A stretch of 44,497 nt of DNA from Candidatus Thorarchaeota archaeon (lineage in GTDB: Archaea > Asgardarchaeota > Thorarchaeia > Thorarchaeales > Thorarchaeaceae): contig JAEORO010000198.1 of assembly GCA_016840855.1 (NCBI GenBank), positions 1 through 44,497 on the forward strand, read 5' to 3'. A program made the position numbers and the translations under genes. Within the stretch, counting starts at the first letter, position 1; the number at the start of each line of letters is the position of its first letter. Below the pieces are notes generated by a model that worked only from the letters and a program-made list of their open reading frames with translations, was not told where the DNA came from and searched no databases. This document shows positions 27,595 to 38,084 of this stretch, in pieces.

Positions 27595-28335
27595 CTATTT
27601 AGTTCCGAATAAAGATGAAATATGAATAGTCATCTGACCGAGAAGGTAGGTAATATTCACAGCATCTGTACCACTGAGAAAACTTGGATCCACTAGTATT
27701 TTGATTCCAAGAATGTAATCGGATATGAAAAACAACATGAAGCCTAGAATTAAGCTGATACTGAAAAATCGAGGACTTTGATCAAACCATTTCGTTATGC
27801 TGAAAACCAGTGATGATGTCAAGAAAATTCCATATCCGAACAGTCCAATACTGATGACCATATTACTTGGATTGTATAATGTGAAGTAGAATAGGATGAA
27901 AACTGCAACGATACTCACAATCCAAATAGCTAGATTTCTTGTTATCAGCCTTGGAGATTCACTCCTTAATAGCAGCGGCGAGCGGTCTCTTAATGCAAGG
28001 AGATAAACAACATGTCCCAAGGCGAAAAACAGTACACCATTAATCAGATTGTCTGCAGGAAGAATCGCAAATACCCCCGCCATTAGGAGGTCAGCTACAA
28101 AGCAAACTAGCATCGCAAAGAACATGATCAGCACAAAACGAGACCAATCAGCATTTGCTCTTTTGTCTATATAGTTGACCAGGGCGAGAACAACAACCAT
28201 TCCAGAACCTGCAAGTAAGATCCAATTTGGTGTTGACTCACCTACAATTATTATGAGAAGCGCAACTGCTGTTAGGATTACTAGAAGTATTAGAAACCTT
28301 AGGATACCAATCGGAGTTTTCAATGAACTTGACAT
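27595..28335 (-). CDS. YhhN/TMEM86 (lysoplasmalogenase-like) membrane protein
   Basis: About 8 TM segments; ADLLM, FFALGHVVY, LFFISD and TYLLGQ motifs. Confidence 0.75.
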   Translation of the reverse strand: MSSSLKTPIGILRFLILLVILTAVALLIIIVGESTPNWILLAGSGMVVVLALVNYIDKRANADWSRFVLIMFFAMLVCFVADLLMAGVFAILPADNLINGVLFFALGHVVYLLALRDRSPLLLRSESPRLITRNLAIWIVSIVAVFILFYFTLYNPSNMVISIGLFGYGIFLTSSLVFSITKWFDQSPRFFSISLILGFMLFFISDYILGIKILVDPSFLSGTDAVNITYLLGQMTIHISSLFGTK

Positions 28336-28452
28336 TCGCTGCTCACCTCTTCAAGATATCCATAAAGTGAACTTCATGCAGATGTTAAAGATTCCGGATT
28401 CAATTCCTTTGCAAAAACCATCTTTATCAGGTAGATAGGTCTAGCAGGAAAT

Positions 28453-29022
28453 ATGTATGAAGGCAAACTCGTTCGTCTGCGTGCTCTTGAAAAATCTGAT
28501 TTAGATGATATTCTAAAGTTCTATAATACCCTAGAGCTTCGGCGACGAAAAGGTCCACCCATCGTACGGTCCAGGAAATATATGGAAGAGTGGCTTGACA
28601 GAGTTAGTGTTTGGGATCCTTGGCGTGATGGACAACTTGTCATGGCTATCGTCGATAAGAATTCAAGTGAATTTCTTGGAATAGCTCGACTTGAGGACAT
28701 TCTACTTCCTCACAAACGTGCAGAACTTGGTATTTCTATATACAACCCTGAAAAACGAGGAAAAGGATTTGGCACCGATGCTACGCTGGTTACGCTTTGG
28801 GTTGGATTCTACATTCTTGGATTGAACAGCATCTATCTTGATACCATGGAAGACAATGAATGGTCCATTCATGTGTACGAGAAGATAGGTTTCAAGAGAG
28901 TTGGTCTTTTACGAGAAACAGAATACATCGACGGTTCACATAAGGGACTTTTAATCATGGATATACTTCGAAAAGAGTTTCAGGAAAAATACTCCTCGAG
29001 TTCTATTATCAACTCAGACTAG
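28453..29022 (+). CDS. RimJ/RimL-type GNAT acetyltransferase
   Basis: VRLRALE..D, AELGI, RGKGFGT, N..SI..YEKIGF..VG.LRE. Confidence 0.92.
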   Translation: MYEGKLVRLRALEKSDLDDILKFYNTLELRRRKGPPIVRSRKYMEEWLDRVSVWDPWRDGQLVMAIVDKNSSEFLGIARLEDILLPHKRAELGISIYNPEKRGKGFGTDATLVTLWVGFYILGLNSIYLDTMEDNEWSIHVYEKIGFKRVGLLRETEYIDGSHKGLLIMDILRKEFQEKYSSSSIINSD

Positions 29023-29152
29023 TTTCAGTTTGTTTCAATCAAGGACTAAATTCCGGTACATTCAAATCATTTCGACTCAAATGAAAACCTGCGCGAGGAG
29101 GTAGGTACAGATTAGTCCACCAAGTGATATTCCTTCAGATTTTGATTCACAA

Positions 29153-30718
29153 ATGTATCTTGATATTCTTCGAAATGATCCTCCCTTGAAACGTTATGTT
29201 TCAAGAGGAGATACTCCCGATGATGTTGATATCCCTGGACCCCATCAAGATGCAGACCGTGCGATCCTTCGAGTGGCAAGATTCACAATGAAAGACCACA
29301 CTCCCAGACTCCAACCAATACTTGGCGATGCTGGGATGGGGAAAACTCATCTCTTCTGGGCAATTAAAGAAAAGGAGTATCTTTTTGCAGCTGGGAATTT
29401 TCTCGTTGTATATGTTCCATCTCCACCATCTCCAGTTCGAATTCCCCTTCATCTTCACGCTTGCATTGTTGATGAAGCTGGAGATGAGCTATTCGAAGAA
29501 ACCGTTGATATGTTAATCACTAAGTTTGGAGGTGTTAGAGGAGTAACACACGAGATTTACGACTATACATATGCAATGGAACGGCTCCTTGTGGATTACC
29601 CGGGTATTTCTTCTGATGCTGTCAAGGCTTTACTACGTTACCGACTAGATCCCGCTTCAAGAGACCTTGCACGACGTTGGCTTCTGGGAGATGCTTTGAA
29701 CGAAGCTGAGCTCGAGCGATTAGGTGTTCGGACTATCCTCGAAGAAGATGACGTCACACTAGCGATGCTGAAGATTTTGACTGAGGGGTCAGAGAAGCCT
29801 ATTGTTATGTTCGTTGATGAGATGGAAGGTCCATTTAATGCATATGGAGAAGAAGCTGAACGTCACTTCCTAGAAGTATTGAAACGACTCTATAATGAAA
29901 CGAAAAATGTCGTGATTATTGCTTCTTGTTTGACTGATATTTGGGATAGAATATACTCTCTAGCTGACGGACCTACAAAATCCAGAATGGAGAGTCCTGT
30001 TCATCTAAAACCTTTCTCGAAAGATGATGTTTTTGCATTTGTAAAAGAAACTATGACTAATTACTGGCTACAACAAAACATTGAACCTCCCTCTGATCCA
30101 TTGTACCCATATACAGAGAATGATGTCACCGCAGCCTTTGATGTGAGCGAGGGAAATCCCCGAGAGGCGATTCGTCATTTAATTCCTCGCCTTGACGAGA
30201 TCCTATTTGACAAGAAAGAGCTTGAAATAATACCCCAAGAAGATTATGTTATCAAATTAACAGCAACAGTTGTTTTGAATTCGATTATAAAAGCTCTAAC
30301 TATAGCTGCAAAGCCACTTGGAATTGATGTTGAACTACAGGTTTCAGGAGCTGGAACACAGAAGCAAGAAGCAACAATTGTACAGTTGACGAGGGACAAC
30401 AAAACTCAATACATTGGCATCGATCTACCCAATGTAAAAGATTGGGATCGAAGTGGAGGCGTAGCTGCTTTCTATTCAGCAAATCGTCTCAAGAAAGTAT
30501 TAGATGTTAATGCTGTGAAAGCAACAATCATCGCAGTTCCTGCAGCGACAAAAGGAGCGAAGTTTGAAGCTCTCGCTGAAGAGATTGGAAGTAACATGCT
30601 AACACTCCGTTTTGATGAGGAAACTGCGACTTTATTCATTCGTGAATCCAATGAGGAAATTCTCCCTCATGGATATGCAGAACACTTCACTGGGCTCATT
30701 GATGGTTTGTTTGACTGA
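29153..30718 (+). CDS. P-loop ATPase (AAA+/BrxD-like) with C-terminal alpha/beta domain
   Basis: Walker A GDAGMGKT, Walker B VMFVDEME, ARRWLLG, SRM arginine-finger-like segment, GNPREAIR. Confidence 0.8.
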   Translation: MYLDILRNDPPLKRYVSRGDTPDDVDIPGPHQDADRAILRVARFTMKDHTPRLQPILGDAGMGKTHLFWAIKEKEYLFAAGNFLVVYVPSPPSPVRIPLHLHACIVDEAGDELFEETVDMLITKFGGVRGVTHEIYDYTYAMERLLVDYPGISSDAVKALLRYRLDPASRDLARRWLLGDALNEAELERLGVRTILEEDDVTLAMLKILTEGSEKPIVMFVDEMEGPFNAYGEEAERHFLEVLKRLYNETKNVVIIASCLTDIWDRIYSLADGPTKSRMESPVHLKPFSKDDVFAFVKETMTNYWLQQNIEPPSDPLYPYTENDVTAAFDVSEGNPREAIRHLIPRLDEILFDKKELEIIPQEDYVIKLTATVVLNSIIKALTIAAKPLGIDVELQVSGAGTQKQEATIVQLTRDNKTQYIGIDLPNVKDWDRSGGVAAFYSANRLKKVLDVNAVKATIIAVPAATKGAKFEALAEEIGSNMLTLRFDEETATLFIRESNEEILPHGYAEHFTGLIDGLFD

Positions 30719-30759
30719 TTAAATCCCCTTCTGAATAGCATTCTCATCAAGAAACTATG

Positions 30760-31329
30760 TTAATCTTCTTCAGATTTTATTTCACTTTGGTCCTCAATAC
30801 CTTGTTTGTCCTTCTTTGGTAACAATTCAGGTGCAACCAATAATAAAATGAGCAAGAATAGCACGACTGGTAATACTCCCGGTGTCTGCAAGAAAAGAGT
30901 AATGTTACCTATCCATGGGATATCAAACACTACAACTCCTACTATGTCATCATATGTTCGATAATCTGGATCTTGTGAATCATTGTTATCTCCCTGAGTA
31001 TAGTATCTGTATTCTCCATCAACGTATTCAATTAGAATAACTCTATGAACCACAGGCGCTGTTGAATGCCATTCAGCATTATACACAATCACATCTCCAA
31101 CATCGATGTCCTCGGGAGATTGGTGCTGAAGAACGAGTAAATAGCCTCGTTCCAAGGCTGGAACCATTGAATCGCTTGTCACGACAACCAAAGGTGTTGA
31201 TGTCCCCATCGCCACCATGAAAATGCCATATCCTCCAAGCGTAATTCCTACCATAAGTAAAATGAAGAAACCTGTTTTTCCATACTCGGGCCATTTGTCC
31301 CATTTCAATTTCTTGCGAATTGTTTCCAA
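30760..31329 (-). CDS. sec11: Signal peptidase I, archaeal/Sec11 type
   Basis: N-terminal TM; VVVTSDSMVP (catalytic Ser), GDVIVY, VVHRV, TQGDNN...D; C-terminal TM. Confidence 0.93.
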   Translation of the reverse strand: METIRKKLKWDKWPEYGKTGFFILLMVGITLGGYGIFMVAMGTSTPLVVVTSDSMVPALERGYLLVLQHQSPEDIDVGDVIVYNAEWHSTAPVVHRVILIEYVDGEYRYYTQGDNNDSQDPDYRTYDDIVGVVVFDIPWIGNITLFLQTPGVLPVVLFLLILLLVAPELLPKKDKQGIEDQSEIKSEED

Positions 31330-31386
31330 TGTTCTCTCGCCTGATGAATTCTTGAAATTGTATGTTTAATAAAACTGACGACCTAT

Positions 31387-31881
31387 TCATGACCACCTTT
31401 TGGTAGCTGTTCCAATTAACCCTAGAACGTCAACAGCTTCACCTTTTAGATCTGGTTTCCAATTGCGAACATCCCGTACATGATCCGCTCCTGCTTCAGC
31501 AACTAGAAAACGCCCCAGAATTCTTAGATTTTTTTCATCCATCTCTGCTGCTTTCATAGCATCTCTTCCAGAGGGATATCCACCTTTTGGTGTTTCAGAA
31601 GTGGCATTAACATACCAGTAGTTTCTGATAATTCTTACAGCAATGATTCTTGCAGGACAATTCTGAATATTTTCTTCGAACAGGACCGTGTCTCCTGTAC
31701 GAATTTCACTACCTTCAGGCAGCTCTTCACCATCCATATCAAAGATTTTTTCGCAAAACTCGTATAATACCTTCTTTGCAGCTTTTCTGAGAATCTCAAG
31801 AGATGTGTCTACGATTATTCCCTCTTTAGAGTCTGTAGTATCACGGCGTTCGTCCATAGCGATACCATATTGGTTTCCCAC
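31387..31881 (-). CDS. Hypothetical protein
   Basis: 164-aa ORF upstream of and co-oriented with sec11; no motif recognised; start may be MDERR. Confidence 0.65.
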   Translation of the reverse strand: MGNQYGIAMDERRDTTDSKEGIIVDTSLEILRKAAKKVLYEFCEKIFDMDGEELPEGSEIRTGDTVLFEENIQNCPARIIAVRIIRNYWYVNATSETPKGGYPSGRDAMKAAEMDEKNLRILGRFLVAEAGADHVRDVRNWKPDLKGEAVDVLGLIGTATKRWS

Positions 31882-31957
31882 AAGTTTAATCTTTGCCTAT
31901 GTGTAGAAAGCTATCTTCACCTTACTTCTTAAAAGATAGTTATCTAGATTTGACATT

Positions 31958-33349
31958 GTGGCTTTTAAGATGAGGATACGAGTGGTAAAATCCGAAGGAC
32001 TTGCAGCACTCTCATATTTCGTGAGTTCAGGGAACGAAGCAATGGTTATTGATCCCCGTCGAGATTCTGACATCTACAAGCACCTTGCTAAAGAAAATGG
32101 AGCTGAAATCGTACATATCTTTGAAACTCATAGAAACGAAGATTATGTGACCGGTTCTCTAGAATTGAAGAGAATAGTTCCTGACGCTCGTGTCGGACAC
32201 TCAAATCAAACCAATTTTGATTATGGTGATGATAGACTAGCAGACAACGAGTCCTTCAATATCGGTAAAATGAGGGTAACATGCATTCAAACTCCAGGAC
32301 ATACAAACGACAGCATCTGCTATGCAGTTGCAGATCTCTCAGTTGGTGCTGAGCCAATAATTGCATTTACTGGTGATACATTGTTCGTCAATGAAGTTGG
32401 CAGAACAGACCTCGTCGATATCAAAAAACACCAGGAAATGTCCCTTAAGCTCTATGACAGCTTACACAATAAGCTTCTACGCATTGGAGATGGAGTCATT
32501 ATCTATCCTGGTCATGGTGCTGGATCTGTCTGCGGAGGCGATATTGGAGAGAGAGAGATTTCAACAATTGGTTTTGAGAAAGCAAATAATTCTTGGTTAA
32601 AGATGACTCAAGAAGAGTTTGTAACATCCAAGATACATCAACGCCTTACAAGAGCGCCATACTTCAAGCATTGTGAACGTTTGAATACAATTGGTCCTCC
32701 AATTTTGGCTGACTTGCCAAAACCAAAAGAGCTTGATGTAGAAGAATTAAGCAGACTACTGTTGGAAGATCGCCACAGAGCTATTGATACGCGTTCTTCC
32801 GACGAGTTTCTTCAAATGCATATACCAAATTCAATAAGTCTGAGCATATCAAACATGGGACGATTAGCAGGATTAGCTTTACGTCATCATCAAATGTTCT
32901 CTATCATCTTGAGGAATGACCATGATAATTTCTTATTGGCATCAGCTATGCTTCATCGTATTGGATTCGATAATATCGTTGGATACATAAAAAATGGTCT
33001 TGCACAATGGATTGCAAGTGGTCGTGAAACTGGCTGTATTGAGGACCTGTCCTTGGAGCAGTTTGGATTAAGGCAAACACGACGTGAAGTGAAAGTGATA
33101 GATGTTAGGGAATCACATGAGTTTGATGAAAAACACGTTGAAGACTCTCTTTCTATCCCTCTCACCAGACTTGAAGAGGATGGAAAGAATCTCAAGATTG
33201 ATGGTCCAATCACAACATTCTGCAACAGCGGTCATAGGAGTACAACCGCAGCTAGCATCCTGAAGCGTCAAGGTCATGAAAACATCACTGTAAGCCTAGA
33301 TGGAATGAAGGTCTGGAAATCTCATGATTTCCCTCTTGAAAAGGAATGA
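31958..33349 (+). CDS. MBL-fold hydrolase/persulfide dioxygenase-like protein fused to two rhodanese domains
   Basis: IDPRRD, ETHRNEDY, TPGHT, FTGDTLF..VGRTD, PGHGAGS.CG; two IDxR..EF...H rhodanese starts; active loop FCNSGHRS. Confidence 0.9.
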   Translation: MAFKMRIRVVKSEGLAALSYFVSSGNEAMVIDPRRDSDIYKHLAKENGAEIVHIFETHRNEDYVTGSLELKRIVPDARVGHSNQTNFDYGDDRLADNESFNIGKMRVTCIQTPGHTNDSICYAVADLSVGAEPIIAFTGDTLFVNEVGRTDLVDIKKHQEMSLKLYDSLHNKLLRIGDGVIIYPGHGAGSVCGGDIGEREISTIGFEKANNSWLKMTQEEFVTSKIHQRLTRAPYFKHCERLNTIGPPILADLPKPKELDVEELSRLLLEDRHRAIDTRSSDEFLQMHIPNSISLSISNMGRLAGLALRHHQMFSIILRNDHDNFLLASAMLHRIGFDNIVGYIKNGLAQWIASGRETGCIEDLSLEQFGLRQTRREVKVIDVRESHEFDEKHVEDSLSIPLTRLEEDGKNLKIDGPITTFCNSGHRSTTAASILKRQGHENITVSLDGMKVWKSHDFPLEKE

Positions 33350-34956
33350 GCTATGGCGGAGTAGATGAAATGTATAAAGTGATACCCACTGGTCGTTCTA
33401 ATGTAATTGCACGCGATGGAGTTGTTGCATCGTCTCAACCTCTTGCAACGCAAGCAGGCTTAGATATCATAAGAATTGGGGGAAATGCCATTGATGCTGC
33501 AGTAGCCACTGCTGCTGTGCTAGATGTGGTTGAACCTTTCAGTACCGGTTGTGGTGGGGATGCTTTCGCTCTCATCCATCTATCTGGTAAATCTAGTCCT
33601 CTGAGCTATAATGGTTCTGGTCGTTCTGGATCACTTGCTTCTCTTGAAGACCTTCTTGCTCTGGGTTGGACACGCATACCCGAACGCGGTGGTCCACCTG
33701 TCACAGTCCCAGGCGCGCTTCATCTTTGGTGTCATGTTATTGAAAAACATGGAACTCTTGAGATGAAGGATATACTTGGCCACGCAATACACTACGCCCG
33801 CTATGGATTTCCGGTTTCTCCACTTATCGCTCAAACTTGGAAAGGGATACTTGGAAATCTCAAGAATGATGCTGCACGTGAGATATATGCTCTAAATGGA
33901 GAGGCTCCCAAAATAGGACAAATTATGAAGAATCCGGACTTGGCAAATACATTTGAGAAGGTCGTTGAAGAGGGACCTTTTGTATTCTATTCTGGGAAAA
34001 TTGCGGAGACAATTATCAATACTGTGCAAAAACATGGTGGATTTTTGACAATGGAAGATTTAGCTTCACACAAGACCACGGAAACTGCTCCTATCTCAGT
34101 TTCATATCGTGGCGTGGATGTTTTTGAACATCCACCAAATGGACAAGGATTTGCCGCTCTCTCTATGTTGAATATAATGGAAACATTTGACCTGTCAAAA
34201 GTATCTCCCCTTAGTGCAGAGAGATACCATTTGATGATAGAAGCAAAAAAATTAGCTTATGCCGATCTGCATCGACATAATGCGGATCCAGAGTTCTATG
34301 AAATACCTTTGCAGAAACTCCTGTCAAAATCATATGCTGAAGAACGCGCAACACTAATCGATAAGAGCCATGCAATGAGCCTTTATGCTCCTGGACTTCT
34401 GTTAGGTCATGATACTGTCTATCTTGCCACTGCTGATGGAGATGGGAACGCAGTTTCTTTCATTAATAGTCTCTATATGGGTTTAGGCAGTGGTCTCGTT
34501 GCACCCGGAACAGGCATAAAATTACAAAATCGCGGTCATTTGTTCTCCCTTGATCCAAAGCACCCAAACCGCTATGCTCCCAAAAAACTACCATTCCATA
34601 CAATTATTCCTGGCGCACTTTACAAAAACAAGAATCTGATAGGTATGTTTGGAATTATGGGTGGTGCTCATCAAGCTCAAGCACACGGTCAATTTGTAAG
34701 TAATATCATTGACTATGGAATGTATCCACAGGAAGCTTTGGATTTTCCAAGATTCAATCATGAACACACAACGAATAAGGTGGGACTCGAAAGTGGGATT
34801 CCAAATCAGGTACAGCAAGAGCTTCGAAATATTGGCCATGTCTTAGTTGATGAAACAACCTCTGGTTTTGGTGGAGGGCAAGCGATTCTAAGACTTGATG
34901 ATGCCTGGATCGCAGGATCTGACCATCGTAAAGATGGGCAAGCTGCCGGCTTCTAA
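33346..34956 (+). CDS. ggt: Gamma-glutamyltransferase
   Basis: GGNAIDAAVA, GGDAF, VTVPG, PPNGQG, HDTVYL (Thr nucleophile), LQNRG, PFHTIIP, GIMGG, SDHRKDG. Confidence 0.96.
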   Translation: MSYGGVDEMYKVIPTGRSNVIARDGVVASSQPLATQAGLDIIRIGGNAIDAAVATAAVLDVVEPFSTGCGGDAFALIHLSGKSSPLSYNGSGRSGSLASLEDLLALGWTRIPERGGPPVTVPGALHLWCHVIEKHGTLEMKDILGHAIHYARYGFPVSPLIAQTWKGILGNLKNDAAREIYALNGEAPKIGQIMKNPDLANTFEKVVEEGPFVFYSGKIAETIINTVQKHGGFLTMEDLASHKTTETAPISVSYRGVDVFEHPPNGQGFAALSMLNIMETFDLSKVSPLSAERYHLMIEAKKLAYADLHRHNADPEFYEIPLQKLLSKSYAEERATLIDKSHAMSLYAPGLLLGHDTVYLATADGDGNAVSFINSLYMGLGSGLVAPGTGIKLQNRGHLFSLDPKHPNRYAPKKLPFHTIIPGALYKNKNLIGMFGIMGGAHQAQAHGQFVSNIIDYGMYPQEALDFPRFNHEHTTNKVGLESGIPNQVQQELRNIGHVLVDETTSGFGGGQAILRLDDAWIAGSDHRKDGQAAGF

Positions 34957-35003
34957 TAGTTATTAATAAAATAAAAGTAAAATGGAATTGTGGTGAGGTT
35001 CTG

Positions 35004-36461
35004 ATGAGTCAGGAAGAACAGCAATTTCGAGAGGAAACAGACCTTTTGGGCGCAAGACAGGTTCCAAAAGATGCCTATTGGGGAATTCAAACACTTCGTG
35101 CTCAGGAGAATTTTGGTGTTTCTCTTGTTCGCTTATTTAACTACTCTACGCTAATTCAATCAATGGCGATGGTCAAGAAAGCGTGCACTCTAGCTAACCA
35201 TGACCTCGGTCATATTATTGATGAGTATGCGGAAGCGATAATCCAGGCGTGTGATGAAATCATCTCCGGAAAACTTGAGGATCAATTCGTAGTTGATATG
35301 ATTCAAGGTGGCGCTGGAACATCAACGAACATGTGTATGAATGAAGTTATTGCCTCTAGAGCAAACGAGATACTTGGCGAGCCTAGAAACACTATGAGTC
35401 CAATTTCTGCACTGGACCATGTTAATCTCTCTCAATCAACAAATGATGTTTATCCCACAGCAATCAAGATTGCTACCATCTATAGTCTTCGAGACCTCTC
35501 AACCAATCTTCGAGGACTAATTAAAGCGCTTGATGAGAAAGCAGAAGAGTTCAAGGACATATTAAAACTAGGTCGGACCGAGATGCAGGACGCTGTCCCA
35601 ATCACTCTTGGACAAGAGTTTGGAGCTTGGTCTGGCGCCCTGAAGAGAGATATCCAGAGAATCGGGTGGGCAATTGATATTCTAAAAACACATAATATTG
35701 GTGCGACTGCAATAGGAACTTCACTAAATGCCGATCCTGAGTATATCGAACTAGCTGAAAATCATCTTCGAAGAGTGACAGGTATTGAAGAACTGACAAC
35801 TTCTGAGAACCTTATTGATGACACTCAAAATTCAGATGAGTTTGTTCATGCATCTGGGCTCCTTAGAGTAATTGCAACGAACCTCTCTAAGATTGCAGGA
35901 GACCTCATTCTCCTCTCTTCTGGACCTATAGGTGGATTTCATGAGATAATCCTTCCTCCCGTGCAACCTGGCTCTTCGATAATGCCTGGAAAAGTAAACC
36001 CTGTGATTCCAGAAATGGTTTTGCAGGTCGGATATCAGGTGATCGGGCATGATGTCGTAATCACAATGGCTGCACAAGCAGGGCAATTAGAGCTAAATGC
36101 CTACGAGCCCATAATCGCCTACAACTTTTTCCAAGCTCTAAAAGTTCTGAAGAACGCAATACCGATATTCGCTGAGAAATGTATCAAGGGTATAAGACCA
36201 AATCATCCTGGGCTGGACATTGTTCATAGAAGTATAGGTCTTGTTACTGCGCTCAATCCAGTGTTAGGATACAAAGCAACATCACAAGTGGCGAAAAAAG
36301 CATTGGAAACAGGCCGACCAATCCGAGAAATTGTCTTAGAAGAGGGTCTCTTGGATGCAGATTGGCTCGATGTCCTGCTTTCACCCAAACGTATGACCCA
36401 AGCGAGCTTTGCTAATCGCGATGATAGGAAATCAGCATCTCATAGTGAATCTAAGGACTGA
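35004..36461 (+). CDS. aspA: Aspartate ammonia-lyase
   Basis: YWGIQTLRA, QGGAGTSTNM, SQSTNDVYPT, GRTEMQDAVP, GSSIMPGKVNP, GQLELN. Confidence 0.92.
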   Translation: MSQEEQQFREETDLLGARQVPKDAYWGIQTLRAQENFGVSLVRLFNYSTLIQSMAMVKKACTLANHDLGHIIDEYAEAIIQACDEIISGKLEDQFVVDMIQGGAGTSTNMCMNEVIASRANEILGEPRNTMSPISALDHVNLSQSTNDVYPTAIKIATIYSLRDLSTNLRGLIKALDEKAEEFKDILKLGRTEMQDAVPITLGQEFGAWSGALKRDIQRIGWAIDILKTHNIGATAIGTSLNADPEYIELAENHLRRVTGIEELTTSENLIDDTQNSDEFVHASGLLRVIATNLSKIAGDLILLSSGPIGGFHEIILPPVQPGSSIMPGKVNPVIPEMVLQVGYQVIGHDVVITMAAQAGQLELNAYEPIIAYNFFQALKVLKNAIPIFAEKCIKGIRPNHPGLDIVHRSIGLVTALNPVLGYKATSQVAKKALETGRPIREIVLEEGLLDADWLDVLLSPKRMTQASFANRDDRKSASHSESKD

Positions 36462-36467
36462 ACTCTT

Positions 36468-38084
36468 TCATGTGTCTGTAATCACATCATATGCGATGTT
36501 ATCTGAGTGGTCTCCTATCCTCTCCAAGTTTCTCAGAGTTTCGATAAAGACAGCATCTGCTTGAGGATCACAAATCCCTTTTCTAACTCGTTCTATATGT
36601 GCTGCTTTCAGCTTTCGTTCGAGCACATCGACTTGGTCTTCAAGTCTCTCAGCAACTTTAGCTAAATCTTTGTTCCTTGTCTTCAGAGCTTTAATTGCAG
36701 TTGAATAGGTGTCTTCAACAAGATCAAACATTTCTGTAATATCATTAGTGCCTTGCTGTGAAAATGTGATTCCGTTCCTCAATTTATCAAGGACAAACTC
36801 AGCAATGTTTGAAGTGAGGTCTCCCACACGTTCAATATCAGTAAGTATTGCCAGTAATTTGATTCTCCAGATTATATCTTCCTCGTTAAGATCCTCTTCT
36901 CTGATTTTATCAATGAAATCTTCAGTACTTCTGCATCTCTCATCAACGTCCTCTTCTAGGTTTATGACCTTTCTAGCATCCTCAAGGTCTTTCTTTAGCA
37001 GGGCTGTCTTACTGAGACTTATCATTTCAATGGTCTTTTCTGCTGTTCTCAGTATTTCTCGCTCAGACTCAAGAAGCGCAGCTTGCGGTAGATTTAGCAT
37101 CTCCTCATCAAAGAAATGTTTTCCAATTATCTCTCCTTCTTTGTCAGGAATTAGTTTTTCACAAAATCGAACCAGTAAGCCAACAAGTGGAATGAATATG
37201 AAGCTCACAATCACATTGAATATTGTGTGAGCATTAGCAATCTGACGGCGAGGATCTACATCGGTGAGTGTTACAAAATCTGAAAATGGAGCTAAAAACG
37301 GAAGAAAAAGCGCTACCCCTATCACATTGATCATTGCTTGTGCTATTGCTGTACGTTTTGCTGGTGAAGTAGCACCGATTCCTGCAAAGAGCTCCAAGAA
37401 ACATGTGCCAATATTCGCACCCATTACTAGCGCTATACCAGGTCCAAGATCAATTGCTCCAGCTCCACTCATAGCAATGACCAAACTCGTTGTTGCAGAA
37501 CTACTCTGAGTTACACCTGCAATGAGCGCACCAATGAGAATGCCAATTATTGGAATTGCGCCATAGTCATTGATGAGATTTCGAAAGAAAGGATAATCTG
37601 TGGTTAGTGGTTTAGCACCCTCTTTCATAAACTCCATTGCCAGAAATAGTAATCCCAAACTGAAAATTACTGTACCAATTAATTGCACTTTCTCTTTCTT
37701 TGAGAACATCTTGAGGAAGAATCCGATTGCGACAAGTGGCCAAAACGCTAAACCTACATCGAATGAAACAAGCTGAGCAGTAACTGTCGTTCCTATCTCA
37801 GATCCTAACATTACGTTGACGGACTGTCTGAACGTCATCATCCCTGCATTAACAAAACCTATCAAGGTAAGAACGGTAATACTTGAGCTCTGAGTCATGA
37901 CAGTCGCAGCAGTTCCTGCAGCCATCCCTTTCACTGGATTATTGCTTACCTTCTCTAGAACTCGCACGACACTCCGACCAGATATTTTTCCAAGTGTTTC
38001 TCGAAGCAGTGTCACACCATACATAAAGAGAGCAAGTCCGCCAATTATGTTGAAGGCGATTGTTAGTTCTTCCCACATAGCCAA
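36468..38084 (-). CDS. Na+/Pi cotransporter (NptA/SLC34 family) with C-terminal PhoU repeats
   Basis: Two QSSS motifs, GSEIGTT/GANIGT, ANAHTIFN; PhoU signatures DIERVGD and NLERIGDH. Confidence 0.95.
   Translation of the reverse strand: MAMWEELTIAFNIIGGLALFMYGVTLLRETLGKISGRSVVRVLEKVSNNPVKGMAAGTAATVMTQSSSITVLTLIGFVNAGMMTFRQSVNVMLGSEIGTTVTAQLVSFDVGLAFWPLVAIGFFLKMFSKKEKVQLIGTVIFSLGLLFLAMEFMKEGAKPLTTDYPFFRNLINDYGAIPIIGILIGALIAGVTQSSSATTSLVIAMSGAGAIDLGPGIALVMGANIGTCFLELFAGIGATSPAKRTAIAQAMINVIGVALFLPFLAPFSDFVTLTDVDPRRQIANAHTIFNVIVSFIFIPLVGLLVRFCEKLIPDKEGEIIGKHFFDEEMLNLPQAALLESEREILRTAEKTIEMISLSKTALLKKDLEDARKVINLEEDVDERCRSTEDFIDKIREEDLNEEDIIWRIKLLAILTDIERVGDLTSNIAEFVLDKLRNGITFSQQGTNDITEMFDLVEDTYSTAIKALKTRNKDLAKVAERLEDQVDVLERKLKAAHIERVRKGICDPQADAVFIETLRNLERIGDHSDNIAYDVITDT

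Noticed and set aside
35004-36461. Class II fumarase (fumC)
   Set aside because: GAGTSTNM, SQSTND and GRTEMQDA (no His) match aspartase rather than FumC (GSGT, SSND, GRTHLQDA).
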